Source of the DNA: a virus
Taxonomy: Duplodnaviria > Caudoviricetes
DNA: 63,314 bases
Strand: one strand, 5' to 3'
Virus record (IMG/VR): IMGVR_UViG_3300037156_000068
Span: 1 to 63,314 of that record
Of the stretch, positions 17,480-27,088 are shown one piece after another (position 1 is the first letter of the stretch; each line of letters opens with the position of its first letter). Both the position numbers and the translations under genes were made by a program. Under the pieces are notes generated by a model. The model was not told the DNA's origin. It was given only the letters and a program-made list of their open reading frames with translations, and made no database searches.

Positions 17480-18592
17480 TTATCTTGCTCTTCGTGCGCC
17501 AATGAAGCCATAGGACGTTACGGTCCCACTACCAAAATTAGAGTAAGCACCTAGATATACTGTGGTTGTGGTGGCCAAACTTAGACGAATAGTCCCGGTA
17601 ATAATAACCAAGCCACTTACGCTACTTGAATTAGGGGCACTTGAGTTATAGCCTCCCGCATTCGGGGGTGAGGGCCTCGTTGCAGATACTGTACTGATCC
17701 AAGTGATAGCATTAATCGCTGCCGAACTGCTGCCAGCGAATCCAACGTTTCCGTTAACATCCCAGTCACCGGCAGTGAGACTGATGGATGCGACATCAGC
17801 AGCCACTGTGGATGTGAGCGAGACTGCACTGCCAAAGGCTCGGGTCTCGCTAATATACTCACCGACATAACCGGCAGCCGCATCATCATTAGTCGTTGTG
17901 CCGAGTAAGTGGCCTCCAATTGTAATCGTACCTGATCCGGTAATCGGCCCACCCGAGGTGGTGAAGCCGGTAGTGCCACCCGAAACTGCAACACTCGTGA
18001 CGGTACCTGTGCCCGAGACAGAACCCCAGGCAGGCACACCACCAGAGATTAGGAGCACGTCTCCCGTACCACCAACACCTAAGCGGGTAGCGCGGTTAGT
18101 CCCATTTCCAACGATAAGATCGCCAATAGATGTTATAGGCGATAGGGCATTAAAGGCGGCAGCGGCAGTATTCTCACCAGTTCCCCCATTTACCAGTTCG
18201 AGTGTTCCCGCAAGAGTGATGGTTCCTGAGGTTGTGATGGGGCCTCCTGAAGTTATCAGACCCGTGGTTCCACCTGACACATCAACACTAATAACGCCAC
18301 CACCAGAACCCCCGGAAGCCGTGGCGAGAGTTACCTGATCCCAGATGAGATTCTCTAGACTGTCATTAACGATCTGACGATAATAGCCAGGACCCCAGAT
18401 CGCTGCTGACCCTAATGAGTCTAGGGTGATTGGGTTAGTGTTAGGGATAACACCCGCATAATCGCTGTATGAAGTTTTAGGTGTGAAGCCACCTGGGATA
18501 TAAGTGAAAACCTGCCCACCGACGAGTGGTTGGCCATTCCCATCAAAGAATTGCTGACGGCCATTGGGGAGAAGGGCGACGGTAGTGGTCAA
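17480..18592 (-). CDS. tail fibre protein (leaderless paralog of 36404-38548)
   Basis: N-terminal LLPNGRQQFFDGNGQPLVGG...NTNPITLD virion-attachment domain; GTVTSV..GG.TG..GGPIT.SGT repeats. Confidence 0.8.
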   Translation of the reverse strand: MTTTVALLPNGRQQFFDGNGQPLVGGQVFTYIPGGFTPKTSYSDYAGVIPNTNPITLDSLGSAAIWGPGYYRQIVNDSLENLIWDQVTLATASGGSGGGVISVDVSGGTTGLITSGGPITTSGTITLAGTLELVNGGTGENTAAAAFNALSPITSIGDLIVGNGTNRATRLGVGGTGDVLLISGGVPAWGSVSGTGTVTSVAVSGGTTGFTTSGGPITGSGTITIGGHLLGTTTNDDAAAGYVGEYISETRAFGSAVSLTSTVAADVASISLTAGDWDVNGNVGFAGSSSAAINAITWISTVSATRPSPPNAGGYNSSAPNSSSVSGLVIITGTIRLSLATTTTVYLGAYSNFGSGTVTSYGFIGARRAR

Positions 18593-21061
18593 TTACTTAG
18601 TTCCCTGTTTTGGACTAGGTTGGAACATATTATTAGTTAAAATAGATCCGGCCACAGTTCCCGCGTTAACAGGAGCCTCGGTCGGATAGTATTTAGATGT
18701 TCCGTTTAGAGCATTACCTAAAAATCTGTTCCTAACGTCTGGTGATAGATTAGACATTCGCTTAGCCGCCCCTGCCAGGCCTTTGATTGCTGCTCCGCCA
18801 CCAGCCACGCCAGCCGCAACAGCCGCAGGAATAGGGTGAGAGAGGGCAAGAACTGAGTCTGCGATACCAGCAGAGCCGACTAAGCTTGGAGCCCATTGCT
18901 TGAGCCTGTCAGATAGGCGGTCAGCCGTAAAGCTATTCGGAGGCTCCTTCATAAAGGTCTGGCCGATTTGAGCTAACTCGCCTAAATCACCAGCGCCTTG
19001 AAATGCGCGTTGTTTGAAGTTTGTATTCACAGCCCCATTGAGAAGATTTGGATTAATTTCACCCTCAACATTAGCCTTAGCTGCAAGATTCTTAACAGTC
19101 ATTAAGTTTTTATATTGAAATCTAGCCTGTTTAAGTGCGGCCGCATCTTCTGGACTAGCCTCTGCCTCCAGAGCATCATCTAGGGCATTTCTGATTTGCT
19201 GGGCGTATTGTCTGATATCGCTGTTCTTGCTTATTGTAGCATTGTCTAGGGGGCTGCCCTTAGCAATCAGGGATTGATATGATGGTCCCGAGAGCACCTC
19301 ACCACTATTATGCCCAATCCCGGGCTGGAATGTGTCTGAGATATTTTTAATTTGATTCAATAGCGGCTTAAGTTCCGCATCTGGCACCACCTGAGCCGCA
19401 TTCCATGTGATTGAGTGCAACTTCGCTAATAGTTCTGGTGTATTGGTAATATTAGTACGGGAACCGATATCATTCATCACGCCGCCAATGCGATCTTTAG
19501 CCGCATCCATAACATCTGGAGTTAGCTTATCTGCATCTGAGCCGAAGGTTTTTGCAACTGCTGTTGTGAAGGCTGTCCGCTGGTCAGCATTATTAGCAGC
19601 GTGCCCAGCATCCTTGCCAATTAACTCAGAGTCAGCAGTCGCAGCCGCACGATTAACGTTGTTAGCACCCTTGATCTGTAAGACACGCAGTGGAATACCA
19701 TACTTGTCCACAGCAACCTGGGCCAGGCTCGCAACAGCAGGGGTCACACCTTTTGTAGCCCCACCACTAAACAGGTTGCTAACATAGTTAGAGGCACCCT
19801 CCGCCAGAGGAGTCGCCACAGCACCGCCAATAGCCCCGAGGCCAACATTCTGACCAAGAGAATTATTATTTCCAGCGGATGTTAGGGCACCCACTTCCCC
19901 GCCCTGCGCAAGACCTCGTGTAGCTAATGAGAGCCCTCGCGTAAGAGCATTCGTTCCGGCAGTACCCCCGAGGAATGATGCGGCGGGGGCAAAGCGAGAC
20001 CCGGCCAATGCACCCTCAGCAAGTTCACCAGCACCCGGGATCATTAGGGCTGGTGCGGTACCGAGCATCTCACCGCCAAATTTGCCCAGACCATATTGAA
20101 GACTACCTGAGTAGTTGGCATCATTCGATTGTCGGTTAAGGAGACCCTGGGCCAGATCATTGCGAGCACTCTGGCTGAAGGGGGCGGCAAGACCTTCGAC
20201 AGAATTCTTGACGTTTGACAGGCCCTGTTCAATACCTGTGAGGCTCTGGCCCCCGCCGGCAGTATCAACTGGGTTGCTAGCGGACTGAGTTTTATGGGCA
20301 ATGTCATCCGGATGATCTTTGAGCCACTGGGCGATCCGATCAGGATTTGTATCTGGTTGAGCGCCAACAGTTAGATGTAGGCTATGGGTGGGATCAGCAG
20401 CCGTGTCAGCCGCATCCTGCTTAGCATTCTTAGCCGCATCGTCAGGATTTCCGCCGAGGAAAGCGATTGATCCATCCGCATTACGACCAACGTGATTATA
20501 CGGATCATAAACGGGGAAGCCCGGCTTATCCTTAGAGGCCTCGGAATCGATAGCTAGTTGGGCAGCCTCGGCCGGGTCAACAGCAGCAGTAGCCGCCCCA
20601 TTGAGGTCAGGTACACCAGGGGGATGGTACTTGTCGGTGAAGTAGAGTTGTCCATCTGGCCCCTCAGTACCAGTCCCATCGTCAAAGGAGGCCTTACTAC
20701 CGGCGGGCTTCATAGCCTTCGGACCATAGTATGTGTCAGCCTGGGTGACTGGCTTCTGTGTCCCGAGCAGATAAGGGGCGGCCGCAGCTAAAGTAGTCTG
20801 GTACCGAGGGCTATCAGTAGGTATATCTTTATACTTATCCCAGTCGGATGTGGTCCGGGCGGAGAACTGAGAATGATCGGTGATTAACGTATTATAGTCA
20901 AGACCAGACTTCAACTTACGATTATACAAGACAGACGCCACAGACGCAGGATCGCCCTCCCCGATGATGGTACGAATAACATCAGGATTAATTGACGAAT
21001 AGTCCGGAGTTGCAGGAGCATCCGGGGCGGGAATGGCATCCTCAAGGTCTGGGATGGACAT
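18593..21061 (-). CDS. large ejection (internal virion) protein with N-terminal SleB-like cell-wall hydrolase
   Basis: RTIIGE..ASVASVLYNR...SQFS...ADTYY...QLYF; Ala/Gly-rich helical remainder; P22 gp16 position. Confidence 0.7.
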   Translation of the reverse strand: MSIPDLEDAIPAPDAPATPDYSSINPDVIRTIIGEGDPASVASVLYNRKLKSGLDYNTLITDHSQFSARTTSDWDKYKDIPTDSPRYQTTLAAAAPYLLGTQKPVTQADTYYGPKAMKPAGSKASFDDGTGTEGPDGQLYFTDKYHPPGVPDLNGAATAAVDPAEAAQLAIDSEASKDKPGFPVYDPYNHVGRNADGSIAFLGGNPDDAAKNAKQDAADTAADPTHSLHLTVGAQPDTNPDRIAQWLKDHPDDIAHKTQSASNPVDTAGGGQSLTGIEQGLSNVKNSVEGLAAPFSQSARNDLAQGLLNRQSNDANYSGSLQYGLGKFGGEMLGTAPALMIPGAGELAEGALAGSRFAPAASFLGGTAGTNALTRGLSLATRGLAQGGEVGALTSAGNNNSLGQNVGLGAIGGAVATPLAEGASNYVSNLFSGGATKGVTPAVASLAQVAVDKYGIPLRVLQIKGANNVNRAAATADSELIGKDAGHAANNADQRTAFTTAVAKTFGSDADKLTPDVMDAAKDRIGGVMNDIGSRTNITNTPELLAKLHSITWNAAQVVPDAELKPLLNQIKNISDTFQPGIGHNSGEVLSGPSYQSLIAKGSPLDNATISKNSDIRQYAQQIRNALDDALEAEASPEDAAALKQARFQYKNLMTVKNLAAKANVEGEINPNLLNGAVNTNFKQRAFQGAGDLGELAQIGQTFMKEPPNSFTADRLSDRLKQWAPSLVGSAGIADSVLALSHPIPAAVAAGVAGGGAAIKGLAGAAKRMSNLSPDVRNRFLGNALNGTSKYYPTEAPVNAGTVAGSILTNNMFQPSPKQGTK

Positions 21062-22530
21062 TATTTGTTATACCCGTTGACTAGATTGTCTGAGTGCTGC
21101 TTGCCAGCATTATATTTCTTGAGTTCTGTAGGAGACATAGAACCAGTTATCATCTGAGTTCTCTGCTCAGGTGTCATATACTTATCTTGGAAGTACCGAG
21201 GGTCATGCAGTGCGTTAAATCTCGCCTGAACTGTTAGATAGTCCGTACCAGGGTTCAAGTGTTTCCCAGTCGTCTGGAACTGCTTATTGTCAGCCCAGGT
21301 CCAGGCGGCATTCTTAGCCTTTATCCAGTCTAAGTTCCCCTTAGTCTGGGCGGCAAGCGCATCTAGAGCCGCATTACCCATCTGATTATTCGGGGAGGCG
21401 GCGCGGTTGATATTGGCCTGCTCGTTAGTGGGAAGGAATCCGAGAATACCTCTGTTAGCCGCAGCCATCTGTTCTTGGATTTTACCTAGAATTTGTTGTG
21501 AGGAGGACCCCGCATCAAAAGTTGATCCGGTAGCACGATTGATTGCTGCGATCACATCCGCTGTTTGAGTAGACCCGGGGCCCGTCCTGACACCACGAGC
21601 AAGTGTCCGAAGCTCATCAACATTGGACTCTTGATTTGTGATACTGGCTTGGGTATCCTGGAGGGCCTTGAGCTGCTCAGCAGCACCAAGTTTAGGAATA
21701 TCCGCACCAGTAGCCAGGCCTGTCGTAATCTGGCCCTGCGGCCCTGTAATACCGTTGTTAGGCTTGATGTCTCCGGTAGGCGTGGCTGTTGCCGCATTGG
21801 GGACGGAATAGGGCTGACCAGTAGTGGGGTCAATACCACTATTTCGGACAATTTTCTGTGCAGGCGTTAGCGTGACCGGGATACTTGCGGAATTACCACC
21901 CACAGAGGTTTGAGTCCCAAGGACAGGATTCTGAGCAACACCTTGAATTGTACCACCCGTGTCTATGTTCGCAATATTAGGGGCAATAGTCTGGCGTACA
22001 ATATCCCCGCCAGCGCCTGCGATTGCGGCGGCCCTAATATCATTAGTCAGGTCGCCACTACCCATATAGGCAGCAGCAGCCTCGGGCATGACCGCACCGG
22101 ATAAGACTAACTTACTGATAGCATCATGGGCATCTTTAGTAGCCCCAGCAGTATCGCCCTTCGCAACACCAGCCGCCCCGTATATGGCAGCAGTCTTTCT
22201 GAGTTGATCAACCTGAGTACCTGCGACGGCTAGGCCAGTTTGTTGGTTGGTTAGGCCTTGCCCTTTTAGCGCTGCGACACCCTGCAAAATTTCTGGGATT
22301 GCAAAAGCAGTACGCTTATCCGCCTGCAATAACGGAACTAATTTATTAGGGTCAACCTGACCATCTGGACCAGTAGCTTGACCAACGTATTGACCAGCAA
22401 GTTGCTTAGCCTGAAATAGCTTATTCTGATTCAGGGTATTCTGTAGACCAGCGAACCCTTCAATCGTTTGAAGAGGATTCCCAGGGGGCGTTACTTGTGC
22501 GGCCACATTAGACGTGTCAAAGCCAGCCAT
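21061..22530 (-). CDS. ejection protein (gp20 position)
   Basis: Gln/Gly/Ala-rich; between ejection genes. Confidence 0.6.
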   Translation of the reverse strand: MAGFDTSNVAAQVTPPGNPLQTIEGFAGLQNTLNQNKLFQAKQLAGQYVGQATGPDGQVDPNKLVPLLQADKRTAFAIPEILQGVAALKGQGLTNQQTGLAVAGTQVDQLRKTAAIYGAAGVAKGDTAGATKDAHDAISKLVLSGAVMPEAAAAYMGSGDLTNDIRAAAIAGAGGDIVRQTIAPNIANIDTGGTIQGVAQNPVLGTQTSVGGNSASIPVTLTPAQKIVRNSGIDPTTGQPYSVPNAATATPTGDIKPNNGITGPQGQITTGLATGADIPKLGAAEQLKALQDTQASITNQESNVDELRTLARGVRTGPGSTQTADVIAAINRATGSTFDAGSSSQQILGKIQEQMAAANRGILGFLPTNEQANINRAASPNNQMGNAALDALAAQTKGNLDWIKAKNAAWTWADNKQFQTTGKHLNPGTDYLTVQARFNALHDPRYFQDKYMTPEQRTQMITGSMSPTELKKYNAGKQHSDNLVNGYNK

Positions 22531-22979
22531 TACTGGGGCGCTCCTTGGGGCATCTCTTGAGGCATTCCTTGGGGTTGGGGCGGACCAAATGCAGTATGGA
22601 AATGACCCCTGAGCATTGATAGCTGTAGCAGTTGTTGGCCCAGCGCCTTTCGGATACCAGTCTCATCATCAGGCAGTTTGGCCAACTCAGCAATAAGTTG
22701 TTGCTTCCCTTCGGGGGTCGGGAATGCTCCATGCGAGATCATAGTGGAGGCCTCTTCAAAGACATCCTTCTTGGTCAATTCACCTTGTGGCTTACCAACA
22801 AGTTTGATCAAGCCATCCATAGTCGCCTCAAGAGCCCTGTGACCACCCGCAATCTCATCTGGTTGGGGCATGGCCTGGGGCTGAGCCTGTGGGCCAGCAG
22901 GAGATGGCGTATTGAAACTATTGCCTTGTACGGGCTGCGGGGGCATTTGTTGGGAAGGGAAAATCATCGGATTATCCAT
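22530..22979 (-). CDS. hypothetical virion-module protein
   Basis: Pro/Gln-rich termini; translationally coupled. Confidence 0.55.
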   Translation of the reverse strand: MDNPMIFPSQQMPPQPVQGNSFNTPSPAGPQAQPQAMPQPDEIAGGHRALEATMDGLIKLVGKPQGELTKKDVFEEASTMISHGAFPTPEGKQQLIAELAKLPDDETGIRKALGQQLLQLSMLRGHFHTAFGPPQPQGMPQEMPQGAPQ

Positions 22980-22982
22980 GGG

Positions 22983-23714
22983 TTAGGCCACCACGTTAAG
23001 GCTAGGATCTAACAGATTGTTACTTGCAGTAGTTGCCCCATATATCCCAGTACCACCACCGGCGGTCACGCCAGAATTACTACCGAATAGGTTATTATAG
23101 ATAAGGCCAGAACTCACACTTCCCAGGCCACCATTGACCGCATTAGCCACACCAACGGCCCCGGAAGCACCAGCATTGGCCGCACCAACAGCCGTCTGAC
23201 CGATATTAGCCCCAGTCTGAGTCGCAAACGTACCGGTATTTGCAGCGGCACTTTCGCCAGTAGTGGATAGGTTCTGTAGACGATTAAGATTACTGTTATA
23301 GCTATTCAGGGCATTAGAGAACTGATTCTGATAGGTAGTGTCTGCCAGACCGGAGGCGAACGAGGCCGCGCCCTTCATGGCAGCGCCGGAAGTTCCTAGG
23401 CCCTGCGCTGCATAACTGTTCTGCGTGGATTTCAACCCCTGGGACAGATTGAACTGGTAGCCTGGGGTAGTTTCCAGGTTCGCTTGAGTCGGGTTGAAAC
23501 TGAATGGTGTCAGATTTTGGAGTTCAGTTGTAGCCTGTTGTCCAGCCGCATTGTACGGAGCTAGCCCGGCCTGAGTCTGGTTGAACATCTGTTGCTGCGT
23601 GGCGGCAGCACTCTTCTCAGCACTTACTTGTTGGTTGGATGCGGACATAGATGCACCAGCCGAAATTGCTGCCCCAGCAAGCCCTGTACCGATAACAGCA
23701 GCGGCTAATCCCAT
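22983..23714 (-). CDS. DNA transfer/ejection protein (P22 gp7-like)
   Basis: hydrophobic Gly/Ala N-terminus; LAPYNAAG, TPGYQFNLSQG, GLGTSGAAMK. Confidence 0.8.
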   Translation of the reverse strand: MGLAAAVIGTGLAGAAISAGASMSASNQQVSAEKSAAATQQQMFNQTQAGLAPYNAAGQQATTELQNLTPFSFNPTQANLETTPGYQFNLSQGLKSTQNSYAAQGLGTSGAAMKGAASFASGLADTTYQNQFSNALNSYNSNLNRLQNLSTTGESAAANTGTFATQTGANIGQTAVGAANAGASGAVGVANAVNGGLGSVSSGLIYNNLFGSNSGVTAGGGTGIYGATTASNNLLDPSLNVVA

Positions 23715-23715
23715 T

Positions 23716-24780
23716 CTATGCTTCCTTCAATTGAAGACGATAATACGTTCCAAATGGTTCAGCACCCATTCGACGATAGAGTGTTGAGATCCTGTCTCCG
23801 GCACCTCTAATTCCAGCTCTCATAACCACTTCAGACACTCCACGATTGCGCAATCCCTCAGCGGCTTTACGTTGTAATTTTAAACCAATCCCGGGGTAAT
23901 CTGGCGAACTGTAGAATGCTGTGTGACAGCCAGAGAGACGACCGGTAGACTCTAGAGACTCACCAATAATAGTGACTAAGTATCCGAATATGCGTCCGTT
24001 AGATTTCGCCACTGTGATCTGTAACGCACCAGCATTGTCATAGGACTGTAGTAGGGCTAGATTCTTATTCGCATAGTTATCAGGATTCTCACCGACCTCA
24101 AGGCAATGCTCTTTCATCGCGAGTTGACCAGTGTCTAGTAGATTTTTAAAGGATTCAAACTCTAATACTAATTCTGGACCTGTGGTTACGCTACTAGCGC
24201 CAAGGAGCATCAAACTCTTCTGACGGGCGATAGCCGCTAGGCGTTCTAGTTGTGGCCTGTAAGCTGTAACATAGCGGTTAAGGGCGGCCACATCAACCTG
24301 GATGTTCTTGGCATTAAGTTCTGCCCACCGTTCACTGTCATGTTTGTGTGGGAGAAGATGCTCGAACAAATTTGCGCAGACCTCCTCATGAACTAGATCC
24401 TCGAATTGATAGGACTTACATTTGGTCCGTAGTTCAATTTGGTCTAACTTACGATCTAAATACTTAAATAGTTTAACTGTCTGCTCCAGATCATCGCTGA
24501 GCCCCGCGTTGACCGCACTACGGGCCGCCTCTTCCGGGTCTCTGCGTATAGTGACTATTTTTAAATCAGACTTCATATGGAGAGCCAATCTCCAGAAGGG
24601 TCCCACAGCAGTTTCAACTGTTCCTGTCTTAGGTTGATTAAACCAGGACTGAACATCCTCTAACTGGCGCATGTACTGAAGTTCATCATGGCCACAGTAC
24701 CAGTCATCATATGACAGGAACTCGGATAACCACGCGGTTCGAGACCTCGGTAATGCTAGGATAAGGAATTGCTGAGTCAT
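23716..24780 (-). CDS. sulfotransferase-like P-loop domain fused to GNAT acetyltransferase
   Basis: N-terminal FLILALPRSRTAWL; C-terminal SPDYPGIGLKL...LYRRMG. Confidence 0.65.
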   Translation of the reverse strand: MTQQFLILALPRSRTAWLSEFLSYDDWYCGHDELQYMRQLEDVQSWFNQPKTGTVETAVGPFWRLALHMKSDLKIVTIRRDPEEAARSAVNAGLSDDLEQTVKLFKYLDRKLDQIELRTKCKSYQFEDLVHEEVCANLFEHLLPHKHDSERWAELNAKNIQVDVAALNRYVTAYRPQLERLAAIARQKSLMLLGASSVTTGPELVLEFESFKNLLDTGQLAMKEHCLEVGENPDNYANKNLALLQSYDNAGALQITVAKSNGRIFGYLVTIIGESLESTGRLSGCHTAFYSSPDYPGIGLKLQRKAAEGLRNRGVSEVVMRAGIRGAGDRISTLYRRMGAEPFGTYYRLQLKEA

Positions 24781-25205
24781 TACGTCTTAACCAATGCTGT
24801 CACAACTGCATAGCGGACTGCTGATGCGGACCCAGCCGCAGTAAGGCCATATGTCCCTGTGAAGTGCGCGTAGTCAGACCCCACCACTACCCTATTTCTG
24901 AGGTCTGGTAAGTTAAATGTGAGAATACCATCCCCGGGACCCCAGGTGGTGCCAATAGCTTCAAATAGTTGTGGGAAGTCTGTCCGATTAACGGGAGCCC
25001 CGTCACATACTAACCAACCATCTTGCCCACTTACTGATCCAGAAAACTTAATATCTCCTGCGGCAAAGAGAGATCCACCCTCCTTAGCCCCGCTGCGAAG
25101 CCACAAGGTCATAAGAAGTCTGCGCCAAGACTCTTTAATGATGCCATCAGTTGTAGTGACAAATGGTGTGGAGATATTTGGAAAGCCCTGCTGCGTATCA
25201 GCCAT
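24780..25205 (-). CDS. tail collar domain protein
   Basis: GWLVCDGAPVNRTDFPQLFEAIGTTWGPGDG..TFNLPDLR. Confidence 0.85.
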   Translation of the reverse strand: MADTQQGFPNISTPFVTTTDGIIKESWRRLLMTLWLRSGAKEGGSLFAAGDIKFSGSVSGQDGWLVCDGAPVNRTDFPQLFEAIGTTWGPGDGILTFNLPDLRNRVVVGSDYAHFTGTYGLTAAGSASAVRYAVVTALVKT

Positions 25206-26533
25206 TATGTTTCACTTGGTTGGAACCAAGCATCAGCTCCGTTAAGTGCAGTAAAGATCGGTAAGTCCCAGAAAACTTCAAAGACCCTATAGCGCCCCTG
25301 GCCCAGTTGGGTGAATAAGACAGATCGATTGAATTGACCTGTAGCCCCAATTCCGCAAGTTCTAGGGTTGCCCCAGGTCTTACCTCTGTCATCACTATAA
25401 CGAAGAGAGATACGAGACTCGTTACTTACGAGTGTATCAGCCATCTCACCCACATCCATATCTAAGATAAGGCGAGACCATTCGATGCGTTGGCCGCCGG
25501 TCTCCTCTATGGGGAATCCTCGCCTGCGCACGATAGGTGAGCTGTTATCCGTATAGGCATTTAAGTCCCACTCGTACAGTTGTCCATTCTGCCAGTCTCC
25601 AACTACTATAGAACCATAAGCAGCCGCACAGTCGTTAGCCCTGATCCTGTGCTCCTCACCATTGTCATCGGTCCAAGTACGTTCGTGCCACATCTCCTCG
25701 GCCACATCATAGACCCATGTGGCGTCCGCAGAGGGGAAGGTCAGGACATAAAACGTATGACCGAGTTGTTGATAGGTAAATCCAATTGCATCAGTAGGGT
25801 CAGCATACTGTTGAATTTGCTGTTCAATGGCATGAGTGGAGATGCGCTTGGCTGCGTACTGATTGCCCGTGAAGACCATACAGCGGCCCTGGCGATCCTG
25901 AGACAACCAGTAGGTATTAAGATCCTGTCTAGCGATGCTGTATTTAGCGCAACAGCCGTGTTCAATGAAGACGCCTGGTAACTCTGCGAATGAGAAGTTG
26001 GCATTGCCAGCATCGTACCAGACTTCCGTAGTCTCAGTTCCGATAAGCCACACTTCACGGTGCATAACAATGACCGCTTGGATTGGATCGGGGTTGCCAG
26101 ATTTAGCGGCAATATCAAGTGGATCAAAAGCCGCTGCGGTTGCCCCCGGGGTTATTCCGCCTAAGAGGTTTGAATACGTCACATTTGATAGGGATGTGTA
26201 CCACTGATTAGTGCCTGGACGATTCAAGACAAAGAAGGTATCTACGAAATCAACTCGATCAGCCCCGTAGAATGCTCCAGTACCATTATCATTAATACTA
26301 GCCATGGCATGGGTAGTCAGGTCGATTGCACTTCCTAGGTTAGTCCCATCTACAATTACAATAGCCAGACCATTATCCGCCATGGATACGGGTGTTGTTA
26401 GATTGAGGTCCGCACTACCAAGTTCCCCTAGAACTGTTCGTGTCCAGTTTGGAGAAGTATAATAGACATACTGACCAATAACCTCAAAGAGTTGGCCATT
26501 TGATGCGGTGTATGAGCAGCGATGAATTGGCAT
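25205..26533 (-). CDS. P22 gp10-like tail hub/DNA stabilisation protein, C-terminal piece
   Basis: TTEVWYDAG, AKRISTHAIE, FTYQQLGHTFYVLTFP, SDDRGKTW, GQFNR. Confidence 0.85.
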   Translation of the reverse strand: MPIHRCSYTASNGQLFEVIGQYVYYTSPNWTRTVLGELGSADLNLTTPVSMADNGLAIVIVDGTNLGSAIDLTTHAMASINDNGTGAFYGADRVDFVDTFFVLNRPGTNQWYTSLSNVTYSNLLGGITPGATAAAFDPLDIAAKSGNPDPIQAVIVMHREVWLIGTETTEVWYDAGNANFSFAELPGVFIEHGCCAKYSIARQDLNTYWLSQDRQGRCMVFTGNQYAAKRISTHAIEQQIQQYADPTDAIGFTYQQLGHTFYVLTFPSADATWVYDVAEEMWHERTWTDDNGEEHRIRANDCAAAYGSIVVGDWQNGQLYEWDLNAYTDNSSPIVRRRGFPIEETGGQRIEWSRLILDMDVGEMADTLVSNESRISLRYSDDRGKTWGNPRTCGIGATGQFNRSVLFTQLGQGRYRVFEVFWDLPIFTALNGADAWFQPSET

Positions 26534-27088
26534 TTATGGTGAGGTGTAAGTTAAGTTGACGGTATTACTATCAGCCGCAGTACTCGCCGCATCCGTCACA
26601 GTACATTTGATGTACGCATCGAATGAGTTAAATGGTGTACCGATGGTGATTGTGTAACCTGTCGTCTGCGCCGTGGTGGACCCTGTAAATGTCCCGCTGC
26701 CAACACCACCAGTGCTGACTTCATCCCATAGATAGGTATAAGGAGGTGTACCACTACTAGGTGTGACTGTCAGAGAGAATGTATGGGCAGCATCACTACC
26801 AGAGAAATTCTGGTCATTGCCGATATTAGCCGATAAGGGTGGAGGAGGAGGTGGCGGCGGGGGAGGCGGCGGGGGGGGCGGCGGGGGAGGCGGCGGAGGG
26901 GGCGGTGGTGGTGGAGAGGGCGTATCAGCTAGCAGTGTCAGGCCAGGGGTCAATTGCATTGTTACGGGAAAAGGTGTCTCACCCCGAGTATTCGCCTCCG
27001 GATATAGATTAACGCAGCGTTGTGCGGAGGCGATTACAGATCTCGCCTGGTACATTCCGCCAGTTAATGGTATACGCTGTTGAGCCAT
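26534..27088 (-). CDS. gp10-like N-terminal piece + 26xPro linker + Ig/PKD-like domain
   Basis: RIPLTGGMYQARS..SAQRCVNLYPE...TPGL; then SSGTPPYTYLW...KCTVTDA. Confidence 0.75.
   Translation of the reverse strand: MAQQRIPLTGGMYQARSVIASAQRCVNLYPEANTRGETPFPVTMQLTPGLTLLADTPSPPPPPPPPPPPPPPPPPPPPPPPPPPLSANIGNDQNFSGSDAAHTFSLTVTPSSGTPPYTYLWDEVSTGGVGSGTFTGSTTAQTTGYTITIGTPFNSFDAYIKCTVTDAASTAADSNTVNLTYTSP
26837..26914 (-). repeat. CCN x26 polyproline tract
   Basis: 78 nt of consecutive Pro codons with mixed third positions. Confidence 0.95.

Noticed and set aside
26531-26536. Genome-wide stop-codon reassignment
   Set aside because: Other core genes are intact in the standard code and end in all three stop codons; only this junction is split.
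26763-27083. Poly-glycine ORF on the + strand
   Set aside because: Antisense shadow of the polyproline gene within a minus-strand operon.
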